A stretch of DNA of 64,000 nt from Candidatus Latescibacterota bacterium (GTDB lineage Bacteria; Latescibacterota; UBA2968; UBA8231), in NCBI GenBank assembly GCA_965200315.1, contig OZ241362.1, positions 3,712,001 to 3,776,000 on the forward strand. Direction: 5' to 3'. The notes under the pieces were generated by a model, which saw only the letters and a program-made list of their open reading frames with translations, made no database searches and was not told the DNA's origin. Below, piece after piece: positions 29,160 to 38,125 of the stretch (position 1 is its first letter; the number at the start of each line of letters is the position of its first letter). A program made the position numbers and the translations under genes.

Positions 29160-30228
29160 GTCCCGCCGCGAAGTGCAGGCACTGCTCGCGCTGAGCCAAG
29201 CGGAGCGGCCCAAGCGCGTACGGTACTTGCTCGCCCATTTTGGCTCGGCGCAAGAAGCGCTCGCGGCCGCAGACTGGACCGCAGCCGTAGGGGCCAGGGC
29301 GCCCGAACAGCGGCCCACGCAGGCCGACTTTGCTTGGGCTGCCGAGCAATGGCAACGGCTCTGCGCAGCCGGCGGTCGTTGTCTAGTCATAGGAGAGGCG
29401 GGCTATCCCCAACTGCTGGGCCAAATCGCCGCGCCGCCACCCGTGCTGTTTGCGCTGGGGCCAGACGACTTGGTCCCTCCCTCTGTAGCTATCGTCGGCT
29501 CGCGCAAGGCATCGGATAGTGGCAAGCTAATCGCCGCCGAACTAGCCCGCGGGCTAGTGGCCCAAGGCATCTGCATCGTCAGCGGCTTGGCTTTCGGCAT
29601 TGACGCGGCCGCCCACCAAGCCGCGCTAGCAGCCGGCGGGCGCACCATTGCCGTGTTGGGCTGCGGGGCCGACGTGCCCTATCCCCGCACTCACACCCCA
29701 CTCTACCGCCAAATCCGCGAGCGCGGGGCCATCGTCTCCGAGTTTGCTTGGGGAGCGCAGCCGGAGCGGGGGGCCTTCCCGCGCCGCAACCGCATCATCA
29801 GCGGGCTGAGCTTGGGGGTGATCATTGTCGAGGCCCCGCAAAAGAGCGGGGCATTGATTACGGGCCAACACGCGCTGGAGCAAAACCGCGAGGTCTTTGC
29901 CGTGCCCGGGGACGTGCGCTCGGGCCGCAGCAGAGGCTGCCATCAGCTCATCAAAGATGGGGCCAAGCTAGTGGAGGATGTGGAGGACGTGCTAGAGGAA
30001 TTGACCATGTGGGCGTCGCCGGGGCTGCAACACGCACCCACACCCGCGCTTCCCCCGGATGAAGAAAGCGTCTATGCCCTGCTCTCGCGCCAACCCCGGC
30101 ACATCGACGAACTCTCCCAACACAGCACCCTGCCGCCCGCGACCCTGCTCGACGTGCTGCTGAGGTTGGAGCTCGACGGGCTAGTGGATCAGCTCGCGGG
30201 CAAGCGATTTTTGCGGCGAGCGGGGTAA
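29152..30228 (+). CDS. dprA: DNA-processing protein DprA
   Basis: AIVGSR, VSGLAFGIDAAAH, FPRRNRIISGLS, SGALIT, REVFAVPG, C-terminal winged helix. Confidence 0.96.
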   Translation: MPESRREVQALLALSQAERPKRVRYLLAHFGSAQEALAAADWTAAVGARAPEQRPTQADFAWAAEQWQRLCAAGGRCLVIGEAGYPQLLGQIAAPPPVLFALGPDDLVPPSVAIVGSRKASDSGKLIAAELARGLVAQGICIVSGLAFGIDAAAHQAALAAGGRTIAVLGCGADVPYPRTHTPLYRQIRERGAIVSEFAWGAQPERGAFPRRNRIISGLSLGVIIVEAPQKSGALITGQHALEQNREVFAVPGDVRSGRSRGCHQLIKDGAKLVEDVEDVLEELTMWASPGLQHAPTPALPPDEESVYALLSRQPRHIDELSQHSTLPPATLLDVLLRLELDGLVDQLAGKRFLRRAG

Positions 30229-30253
30229 TCCAACACAATCGCCAACCGCTATA

Positions 30254-30400
30254 TCACCGCGGCGAGTCGTCCAAGTCCCCTATCTGCAAAGGTTCATCTC
30301 GGCGGGATTTGTCGCGAAAAAAAGGCCGCATCAAACGCCACAGCACGTATGCTGCGGCGATCACCGCAATGGCGACGGCCACTGGCGTTTGCCAGTCCAT
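30254..30400 (-). CDS. Small FeoB-associated membrane protein (48 aa; absent from the ORF track)
   Basis: ATG 1 nt after the feoB stop; MDWQTPVAVAIAVIAAAYVLWRLMRPFFRDKSRRDEPLQIGDLDDSPR*. Confidence 0.75.
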   Translation of the reverse strand: MDWQTPVAVAIAVIAAAYVLWRLMRPFFRDKSRRDEPLQIGDLDDSPR

Positions 30401-30401
30401 C

Positions 30402-32534
30402 TCAAAAACCCAGCGCAGTGCCGGCCTGGTAGGTCGCCAGCGCGCCGAGATATGCGAGGGTCGTCATATAGCCAAAGCTGAATAGGGACCAGCCATAGGA
30501 GCCGGTCTCTTTTTTTATGACGACTAGGGTCGAGAGGCACTGGGCGCAGAGGGCGAAAAATACCATGATCGACAGGGCCACCGGCAGAGTATAAATCGGG
30601 CGGCCATCCGGCCACGTAGCGGCAGCGAGGGTCGTGCGCAAGCTCTCGGAGCCTTCGTCTTCGCCCGCGCCGAGGCTGTAGATGGTGCCCAAGGCCGAGA
30701 TGATGACTTCGCGCGCCGGGAAAGAGGCCAAGACCGCCATGCCAATGCGCCAGTCCCATCCCAAAGGACGCACCGCCGGCGCGACCCAATGCCCGGCTTG
30801 GCCGAGATAGCTGTTTTCTACCAGCTCAGCCGCTTGGTGCTTTTCCAAGGCCTCGAGGGCTTCGGGAGCGACCGCTTGGCGCTCGGCTTGGTCGCGCTCG
30901 ACTACGGCTTCCGAGCGCGGGAAATATGCCAGTGCCCACATCGCAATCGTCGTCGCCAAGATGAGGCTGCCAGCGCGGACGACAAAAGCCCGGCTGCTGT
31001 GGTACACGCGCAGCAGCACCGTGTGCAGGTCGGGCGTCTTGTAGGAAGGCAGCTCCAGCAGAAAGGGCGGAGGATCGCCCTTGAGCAAGGTCCGCTTGAG
31101 CAACCAAGCCACCGGGATGGCGACGAGTGCGCCGAGGCAATAGAAGGCGAACAGGGTCAGCGTCTGCAAGCCGATGATCCCACCCCACAGCGAGCGGTCT
31201 GGGACAAAGGTCCCGATAAAGAGCACGTACACCGGCAGGCGCGCCGAGCAGCTCATCAGCGGCGCGATCAAGATGGTGGCAAAACGGTCGCGCCGGTCTT
31301 CAATGGTGCGGGCGGCCATGATGCCCGGGACGGCGCAGGCAAAGCTGGACAGCAGAGGAATGAAGGCCGTGCCAGACAGCCCCACGCGGGTGAGCAGCCG
31401 ATCCATCAACAGCGCGGCGCGAGCCATGTAGCCGCTGTCTTCGAGTAGGGCGATAAAAAAGAACAAGATGGCGATCTGCGGCAGGAAGATGAGTACGCCG
31501 CCGACACCGGCGATGAGGCCATCGACGACGAGACTTTGTAGGGCCCCCGGGGGAATGAGCGCGGCCGCGCGGTCGCCGCAGGCGGCGAAGAGCGCGTCAA
31601 TCCCATCCATCAGTGGCCCCGACCACGTGTAAATGGCTTCAAACACCAAGAGGTTGACCAGCACAAAAATCGCCACGCCGAAGAGGCGGTGCGCGAGAAC
31701 GCGGTCGGCCCGATCCGAGCGCCGGCCTTCTAGGCGACTGGGCTGGTCAATAGCCTGCGCGAGCAGACCGTCGATCCAAGCATAGCGGGCGTTGCTTTCT
31801 AGCTCGGACAGATCATCCTCACCGGCCCTGCGCAGGCCGTGCAAGCGGTCCGCGACCCCATCACCTGCGGACGCCAACAAGCGGTGCTCGGCATAGCCGT
31901 CTTCATCAACTAGCGCACGCAGGGCTTCTACCGGAGAGAGCGGCCCGGGGACTGCGGCTTGCAACTCGGCAGTGGCGCGCTGGAGCTGGTCGGGCAAGGC
32001 CACCCGCTGCGGCCGCGTGGACGCAGAATCCGCGCTCAAGGCCACCAACGTGCGTCGCAACTGGTCCAATCCCTGCCGCCGGTGGGCGCAGATGGGTACC
32101 ACTGGCGCACCGAGCGCCTCAGACAAGGCACGGGCGTCGATGCGAATGCCCCGCCGGATGGCTATGTCCCCCATGTTGAGAGCCACGACCAAGGGCAACC
32201 CTATTTCCGCAAGTTGAGAAACCAAGTAAAAATTGCGCCGCAGGTTGCTGGCATCGACGACCGCCAAGATGCCATCTATGGGCGGAGCGTCTTGCTGTTG
32301 GCCCAAGAGCACATCAATGGCCAGCATCTCGTCGGGAGAATGCGCAGCGAGGCTATAAGCACCGGGTAGGTCAATCAGCTCTAGCGGGGCTTCCCCATCC
32401 AGCGTCAGGGTCCCCACTTTGTATTCCACCGTGACGCCCGGGTAGTTGCCAGAGTGCTGAGCAAGGCCGGTCAGCGCGTTAAAAAGCGTGGTTTTGCCCG
32501 TATTGGGGTTGCCAATAAGTGCGAGGGTCCGCAC
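30402..32534 (-). CDS. feoB: Ferrous iron transporter FeoB
   Basis: GNPNTGKT, GNYPGVTVE, DLPGAYSL, FACAVP, MSCSARLP, ELPSY. Confidence 0.97.
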   Translation of the reverse strand: MRTLALIGNPNTGKTTLFNALTGLAQHSGNYPGVTVEYKVGTLTLDGEAPLELIDLPGAYSLAAHSPDEMLAIDVLLGQQQDAPPIDGILAVVDASNLRRNFYLVSQLAEIGLPLVVALNMGDIAIRRGIRIDARALSEALGAPVVPICAHRRQGLDQLRRTLVALSADSASTRPQRVALPDQLQRATAELQAAVPGPLSPVEALRALVDEDGYAEHRLLASAGDGVADRLHGLRRAGEDDLSELESNARYAWIDGLLAQAIDQPSRLEGRRSDRADRVLAHRLFGVAIFVLVNLLVFEAIYTWSGPLMDGIDALFAACGDRAAALIPPGALQSLVVDGLIAGVGGVLIFLPQIAILFFFIALLEDSGYMARAALLMDRLLTRVGLSGTAFIPLLSSFACAVPGIMAARTIEDRRDRFATILIAPLMSCSARLPVYVLFIGTFVPDRSLWGGIIGLQTLTLFAFYCLGALVAIPVAWLLKRTLLKGDPPPFLLELPSYKTPDLHTVLLRVYHSSRAFVVRAGSLILATTIAMWALAYFPRSEAVVERDQAERQAVAPEALEALEKHQAAELVENSYLGQAGHWVAPAVRPLGWDWRIGMAVLASFPAREVIISALGTIYSLGAGEDEGSESLRTTLAAATWPDGRPIYTLPVALSIMVFFALCAQCLSTLVVIKKETGSYGWSLFSFGYMTTLAYLGALATYQAGTALGF

Positions 32535-32558
32535 GGAGAGTATGCTGAGCAGGAAAAA

Positions 32559-32810
32559 CTAGGGGACGAGGCGGATGGCGGCAGCATCCCGGCGCCGGAG
32601 CGCAAGGCGGGTCTGTCCTATTTGGACGATGATCGCGGTCCCGGAGCGCAAAACGCGCAAGTGCTCGCCGGGCAAAAAGCCCAATTCGCGCAGGCGGGCG
32701 GCCAAGCGCGCCGGGGCCAAAATTTCGGCGACGACAGCTTCGGCGTGCCGAGGCAGTTGCGACAAGTCGAGCGGGGAGTCTGAGGTGCAGGGGGTTTTGC
32801 TAAGTTCCAC
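32559..32810 (-). CDS. feoA: FeoA-family protein
   Basis: 'RLRELGFLPG...LALRR' directly upstream of feoB. Confidence 0.9.
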   Translation of the reverse strand: MELSKTPCTSDSPLDLSQLPRHAEAVVAEILAPARLAARLRELGFLPGEHLRVLRSGTAIIVQIGQTRLALRRRDAAAIRLVP

Positions 32811-33062
32811 GAGATAGCTCCGGCTAGATAAGGCGACAATCAGATTGGCTACGGGAATAAATGTTTAATCTACCAACAAGCTGTTCTATATACCAAACTT
32901 CTGTAAAGATAGTCAACCGAGGAGCAATACGTCAATGCGTTTTTTATGCAATTAAAAAAATATCAACCGCTAAGTAACGGATTCGACAAGCGATGAGACC
33001 TTATCCATTTTAAGTTCCGAATCTACAAAAACGCGATTTTGCCAAAAGAAAGCAGGGCATCT

Positions 33063-33941
33063 ATGACAAAGTGGATTCTGGGGGTGCTGTTGCTCGGCGC
33101 GGCTCATCTGGGCGCGGTGGATTTTTACGCGCACTGGGCCGACGGGAAGGCCGAGGTCTCTAGCTACGAAGTGGTTCAGCCGCGCTACGGCGAGCTGCGG
33201 CAGGGATACGGGGTGATGATTTTCGTGACCGAGAGCCTGCACCGGCAGACCTTTATCAAGGCCGATCCGCCGACGCCGGAGGCCGATCAATTCTACGCGC
33301 TCAAGCTCAACCATATCCTCGACTTTACGACCGGGATCTACGACTATTCGGTAATGATTTCGGTTTTCAGCCAAGTGGCGGGCGAGCGACATCCTTTTGA
33401 GCTGCGGCGCATTTCGTTCAGCGCACAAGAGTGGTGCGGGCAGGTCTTTGACGAGGCCCTGTTCCGCAACGGACAGATCAACGGGCACATCAGCAGCTAT
33501 TTTGCCAGCGAAGGCCGCGGTCCCTACCAGCTAAAGCAGCCCGAGCACTTTGCCAGCGAGGACCATCTGCTGATCCGCATCCGGGAGCTGCAAGGGACGT
33601 TTATGTCCCTAGGCGAGAGACGGGAAGTGGAAATACTGCCGAGCTTTTGGCAGCTTCGGCAGGCGCATCAGCCCCATGCGACCGTGGCCGGGCGGATCCA
33701 CAAAGCCGCCGAGGAGCAGATCGAGACGGCAGCCGGCGCGTTAGCCAGCCTGCGGTGGGAACTACACATTGGCCAGCGGCAGCGGACGCTGTGGACGGAA
33801 ACAGCCTATCCGCATCGGATTGTGCGCTGGGAGGACAGCGATGGAGGGCGCGGCGAGTTGATGCGGACGATGCGGGTGCCCTACTGGCAGTTGCAGGCCC
33901 ACGCAGACGAGGTGTACCGGCAGGAGTTGGGCATTCCTTAA
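33063..33941 (+). CDS. Hypothetical secreted protein
   Basis: Signal peptide; conserved-looking 'HWADGKAE', 'IFVTE', 'TGIYDYS', 'QEWCG' motifs. Confidence 0.75.
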   Translation: MTKWILGVLLLGAAHLGAVDFYAHWADGKAEVSSYEVVQPRYGELRQGYGVMIFVTESLHRQTFIKADPPTPEADQFYALKLNHILDFTTGIYDYSVMISVFSQVAGERHPFELRRISFSAQEWCGQVFDEALFRNGQINGHISSYFASEGRGPYQLKQPEHFASEDHLLIRIRELQGTFMSLGERREVEILPSFWQLRQAHQPHATVAGRIHKAAEEQIETAAGALASLRWELHIGQRQRTLWTETAYPHRIVRWEDSDGGRGELMRTMRVPYWQLQAHADEVYRQELGIP

Positions 33942-34314
33942 GAGGCGGTTGGCGACCGCTCCGCCACTTGATGTCGGTAAAGCGAATGCCTGAATTGGGC
34001 GGAGGAGTGGGTGCGTCGGGGTAGATTTTGCGCATCACTTTGGCAAAGCTGCCACCAGCGATTGTCGGGCCGTACTCCTGCCATGTACGGATAGCCGGTT
34101 CGGCCGCGTCTCGGCGCAAAATTCGGATGGTGCCGAATGTTTTTTCTACCGAGTAGCCGGGGACGGAAGCGGCTGGGTCTGCCGACACAATGTGACTGAC
34201 CGAAGTTACAATCGCTTCCAACTCTGTCTTTTCTTGGGCCGCGAATATGAGACGCCCGGTATTGGCGTCGTAGAACGGAATCTCGCGGTGTAGGTAGTAA
34301 TAACCGGGAAGGTT
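33940..34314 (-). pseudogene. Orphan C-terminal fragment of an unknown gene fused behind truncated hicA
   Basis: Open frame continues after the HicA-like 32 aa with unrelated sequence and no start of its own. Confidence 0.4.
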
Positions 34315-34410
34315 GATGATGTGACTCCCGCGCTGAGAGTGAACGCGGAAGCCGAATTTTGTTAGGATACGGACGACTTGATCCCCAGAGAGCCGTCTTA
34401 GCCTAGGCAA
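34315..34410 (-). pseudogene. hicA: Truncated HicA-family toxin
   Basis: MPRLRRLSGDQVVRILTKFGFRVHSQRGSHII is the HicA N-terminal half; the second half (VPxH...GTL) is absent. Confidence 0.75.
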
Positions 34411-34632
34411 TCGCCGGTTCCAATTCCATGGTGCCTAAGATCGTCGGGTCCGGCACTAGGCAAAAGTCGAGAGGTCTTCGCCTTCTATATGCAAGGCGAC
34501 CGCCTCGCGGAGGTTGGCCAAGGTTTCGTCCAAAGTGATGCCTTGCGTTACAACGGCCAACTCGACGCACTCGGCAATATAGTGAGTCTCGCCCGCCCTG
34601 ATGAACGCTTTGATCGTATGTTGCAGGTTCAT
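34403..34632 (-). pseudogene. hicB: HicB-family antitoxin with a single-base frameshift
   Basis: 'YIAEC...VTQGITLDETLANLREAVALH'; one added base near 34461 restores FGLVPDPTILGTMELEPAIA*, overlapping the hicA start. Confidence 0.75.
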
Positions 34633-34672
34633 TTGACCCCTTTCGAGGAACAATACATTAGAAAAAAGCCGG

Positions 34673-35080
34673 TCAATGCCCCTCCTCCCGAAACGTCCAG
34701 TACGAGTTGAGGAAGTAGTTGACCAACGTCCCCGGCGCGATCCCGCATCCTTGCAGCCACACCGGCGCGACTTGCGGCACCAGCACCGACAGCACGAGAA
34801 ACGTCGAATAGCTCACCCCAAGGGCCAGCAGCGACACAATGTGAAACCGCAAACCCCGGATCCGCTTGCGGCTGCTCAGGTCGCGGTCGGCAAAGGTCCA
34901 ATAGTTGTTGAGGAAGAAGTTTGAAAAGACCGAGATTTCAATCGCAATAGGCGAGGCCAGATACTTGTGGACGCCGACTTCGAGCAGCAGATGGAACGAA
35001 CCTAAATTGACCACCACCCCGCTGAGGCCGGTCAGGGAGAATTTCACAAAGGTGCGGGGAGTGCCCAGCGCCGCGACCAT
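34673..35080 (-). CDS. GtrA-family membrane protein (possibly the C-terminal remnant of a GT2-GtrA fusion)
   Basis: 'FVKFSLTGLSGVVVNLG', 'SNFFLNNYWTF', 'NYFLNSYWTF'. Confidence 0.8.
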   Translation of the reverse strand: MVAALGTPRTFVKFSLTGLSGVVVNLGSFHLLLEVGVHKYLASPIAIEISVFSNFFLNNYWTFADRDLSSRKRIRGLRFHIVSLLALGVSYSTFLVLSVLVPQVAPVWLQGCGIAPGTLVNYFLNSYWTFREEGH

Positions 35081-35085
35081 TTCAT

Positions 35086-35925
35086 TTACGCCGCGTCGGA
35101 TTCGGCCATCAAGCCGCGCAAGTAGCGCACGGCCTTGGGTATGGCCGTTGCCTCTTTTTCCACGTCCTGCCCTTCGTACACCACCGACAGCCAGCCATTG
35201 TAGTGGACGCCTTTCAAAATCTCGAAAATGCGCGGATAGTTGAGCCACTCCTCAACGCCGCTTTGGATGCGATAGATCTTGCAGCGGACGTGGACGGCCA
35301 ACGGCGCGGTTTCCTCAATGCTGCCGTAAAAATTGAGGGTCGGATCCTCGTGCCCGCGCTGGCCCGAAGCCCCGGGCGAGCCGACGTACTGACCCGTGTC
35401 GAGGATGTGCGAGAAATAGGGATTATTGACACCCTCAATGATGCGGCGCACATCTTTGCCCGTGCGCGTGACGCAGCCGTGGTTGTGGTTGTGCAAGCCG
35501 ACCACCACCCCCTTTTCCTCGCCGTGGGCGGCCACTTCCTCCAAGCAAGGCATCATCCGCGCCCACACGCCCTCCTCGCGCTCTCCTTCGGGAATCCACG
35601 CGGCAAAGACCCGCACCAGCGGAATGCCCATAAACGCGGCCACGTCAATCCACTCCTTGGTAGTGGCCACTTCGGCGGCGAGCTCGTCTTGGGGCTTGCC
35701 GTAATTGGAGCTGACGCCGATATAGGAAAGTGCGAGTCCACGCCGAAAGGCCTGCATGCGAATGCGGCGCAGATAGGCCGGGTCGAGCGAAGCAAAGGCG
35801 CGCGTGTGGATGTCGATGCCGTCGAGACCGAGCTGGTAGGCGCGTTCAATAAACTGCTCCAAGTCGAGCTTGTTCGCGGCGAATTCGTCTTTGTAGCTGA
35901 GGGACATGCAGCCAAGTTTGAGCAT
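35086..35925 (-). CDS. Sugar phosphate isomerase/epimerase (xylose-isomerase-like TIM barrel)
   Basis: 'GLDGID', 'LVRVFA', 'LHNHNH', 'LDTGQ', 'YNGWLSVVYEG'. Confidence 0.88.
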   Translation of the reverse strand: MLKLGCMSLSYKDEFAANKLDLEQFIERAYQLGLDGIDIHTRAFASLDPAYLRRIRMQAFRRGLALSYIGVSSNYGKPQDELAAEVATTKEWIDVAAFMGIPLVRVFAAWIPEGEREEGVWARMMPCLEEVAAHGEEKGVVVGLHNHNHGCVTRTGKDVRRIIEGVNNPYFSHILDTGQYVGSPGASGQRGHEDPTLNFYGSIEETAPLAVHVRCKIYRIQSGVEEWLNYPRIFEILKGVHYNGWLSVVYEGQDVEKEATAIPKAVRYLRGLMAESDAA

Positions 35926-36020
35926 TCGAGTTCTCCTTTGGATTAGAGAGGATATTGAGCTTAATTCACAATCGGCAAAATAAGAAAATGCAGCGAGGTG
36001 ACCAAGAAAGGGGCCGTCCT

Positions 36021-38024
36021 TCAGTTTTGGGTAGCTTCCAGTGCCTTCAGTACGGCTTCGCGGTTGGCCTGTGCGGTTTCTAGGGTCGGGTCGATCAAAA
36101 GCGCTTGGTCGAAGTGTTGTAGGGCCTCGTCGCTTTTGCCCAAGTAGAAGAGGGCGATGCCCATGGCATCTAGACCCTTTGCATGGCCGGGCTCGATGCC
36201 GATGAGGTGCTGCAAGAGTTCCAGCGACTCATTGTAGCGCTGCTGCTCAATCCGTAGGGTGGCCAGCGCATAGAGGGCTCCCTTAGTATGGTTTGAACTG
36301 AGCGCGATGGCGCGACGCAGGTGCTGCTCCGCCTCTTCGAAGCGTCCCAATTCCTTGAGAATCAAGCCGAGATTGTGATGTGCCGTATCGTAGTTTGGGT
36401 GTTGCGCTAGCGCGACGCGAGTTGCCTCAAGGGCTGGATCATAGCGTCCCTGTCTGTATAGAGCGACACCTAAGTTGAGATGGGCATTCTGTTCTTGCGG
36501 GTTGAGTGCGATGGCGCGGCGTAGATGTGTTTCTGCCTCCTTGGAGCGTCCCAGCTTATTGAGAGCCTCGCCAAGAGTGGCATAGGCCTTAGAAGAATCA
36601 GGACGTTTTGCTATTGCGACGCGGGCTACCTCAAGGGCCTCTTCATATCGCGCCTGCTCGTACAGGGCCTTGCTCAAGTTGATATGGGCACTCCGCGCCT
36701 GTGGATTGAGCGAGATGATGTGGCGATTGAGGGTCTCATTATCCCGATAGATGCTTGTCTGACGCCAGGTCAGCAACCCTAGCACAACCAAGGCCACCGC
36801 CACAACAACCACACACACCCTTTTGCCACAAGTCTGACCGACGCCATAAGTGGCCGCACCGATAGCGACGGCCATAATCCCAATACCAGCGAGATACTGA
36901 AAGCGGTCAGCGACAAACGAAAACTGCATGTAGCCGTAATCGACAAAACCCAAAACCGGCGACAACGTGACCGCATAAAACAACGCCCCGGCCAGCGGTC
37001 CACGCCCAAGCTGCGGCCGGAAGTGCCAGAGTGCCACCGCCAGCACGACAGCGGCAATCAGATACCCCCAAGCCAGCGGATCGGAGACGCGGATGTCCCA
37101 AAGTGGGTAGATGACGGCCAACTCAGATGGCCACAGTAGCTTCCCCGCATAAAACCACAGAGCACGGGCAGCAATGAGCGTCCGTTCAATGAATGAGTAA
37201 TCGAGGGACAGCGGTTCCACAGACTGGTAAAACGACAAGTCGCCGACCGTGATGACTATCCCTACCACACTAAATGGCACCAACCGCAACAAGTCGATCG
37301 AGGTCACGCGCCCCTGTTTCCACCAATGCCAGATCAAAAGTGCCACCGGCAGCGTAACCACGATGGACTTGCTCAGCATACCCGCCGAATACAACGCTAG
37401 CGAACACACATACCATCCTCGGCGCGGCTTTTCCACAAAGCGCAGCCACGCCAGCACCGCCGCAAGGTAGAACAAGCCCGAAAGCACATCCTTGCGCTCA
37501 ATGACCCATGCCACCGACTCCACGTGCAACGGATGCACAGCAAACACCGCGGCCGCCATCCACGCGCCGGGCACCGCCAACCGACGCAGGAGGTGCCAAA
37601 TTAGCAGCACATTCGCCAAGTGCAGCAACACGTTGACGACGTGATATCCCGTCGGATCAAACTCCCATAACTTGTGCTTCAACCAGAAGGTCGTATAAAC
37701 CAGCGGCCAGTAGTGGGCCTCTTCTGCAATAGCACTGGGGGAGAACCAGATTTGCCACAGACCCGATACTTCCCGAATCGGCTCGGCGTCGGTGAGTATC
37801 CTGTCGTCCCAGACAAAGCCACCCCACAGCATCGCTGGCAAGTAGCTGACGAGTACCAGCAGACCGAGCGCGAAGCTGGACAAGATGTTCTGCCGCGTGA
37901 ACCTGTTCATCGATGGAGGGACGGGCACCTCCCGGTGCTTGGAGGCGTCCTGTTGCGCCTGCCTCCGCTCTCGCCGCGAGGCCCTTTTGTCAGGCATTCT
38001 TGTCGTCTGCTTTCTTTTTGCCAT
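36021..38024 (-). CDS. TMTC-like (GT-C fold) membrane protein with C-terminal TPR repeats
   Basis: 'FVWDD', 'YHVVNVLLH', 'HPLHVESVAWVIERKDVL', 'ADRFQY', then multiple TPR helices. Confidence 0.85.
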   Translation of the reverse strand: MAKRKQTTRMPDKRASRRERRQAQQDASKHREVPVPPSMNRFTRQNILSSFALGLLVLVSYLPAMLWGGFVWDDRILTDAEPIREVSGLWQIWFSPSAIAEEAHYWPLVYTTFWLKHKLWEFDPTGYHVVNVLLHLANVLLIWHLLRRLAVPGAWMAAAVFAVHPLHVESVAWVIERKDVLSGLFYLAAVLAWLRFVEKPRRGWYVCSLALYSAGMLSKSIVVTLPVALLIWHWWKQGRVTSIDLLRLVPFSVVGIVITVGDLSFYQSVEPLSLDYSFIERTLIAARALWFYAGKLLWPSELAVIYPLWDIRVSDPLAWGYLIAAVVLAVALWHFRPQLGRGPLAGALFYAVTLSPVLGFVDYGYMQFSFVADRFQYLAGIGIMAVAIGAATYGVGQTCGKRVCVVVVAVALVVLGLLTWRQTSIYRDNETLNRHIISLNPQARSAHINLSKALYEQARYEEALEVARVAIAKRPDSSKAYATLGEALNKLGRSKEAETHLRRAIALNPQEQNAHLNLGVALYRQGRYDPALEATRVALAQHPNYDTAHHNLGLILKELGRFEEAEQHLRRAIALSSNHTKGALYALATLRIEQQRYNESLELLQHLIGIEPGHAKGLDAMGIALFYLGKSDEALQHFDQALLIDPTLETAQANREAVLKALEATQN

Positions 38025-38125
38025 TTGGATTTAAGAAATTAACGCACCAAAACGCGGCGGCCAATTTGTCCGCAGCCGGGGCTTGTGCTATCTTCCGCGC
38101 TCCACCTCCAACGGAAAGCAACGCT

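Noticed and set aside
33601-34410. 269-aa ORF as a genuine novel HicA fusion toxin
   Set aside because: HicA is cut mid-domain, its antitoxin is frameshifted, and the last third is antisense to a real gene; a deletion scar is the simpler explanation
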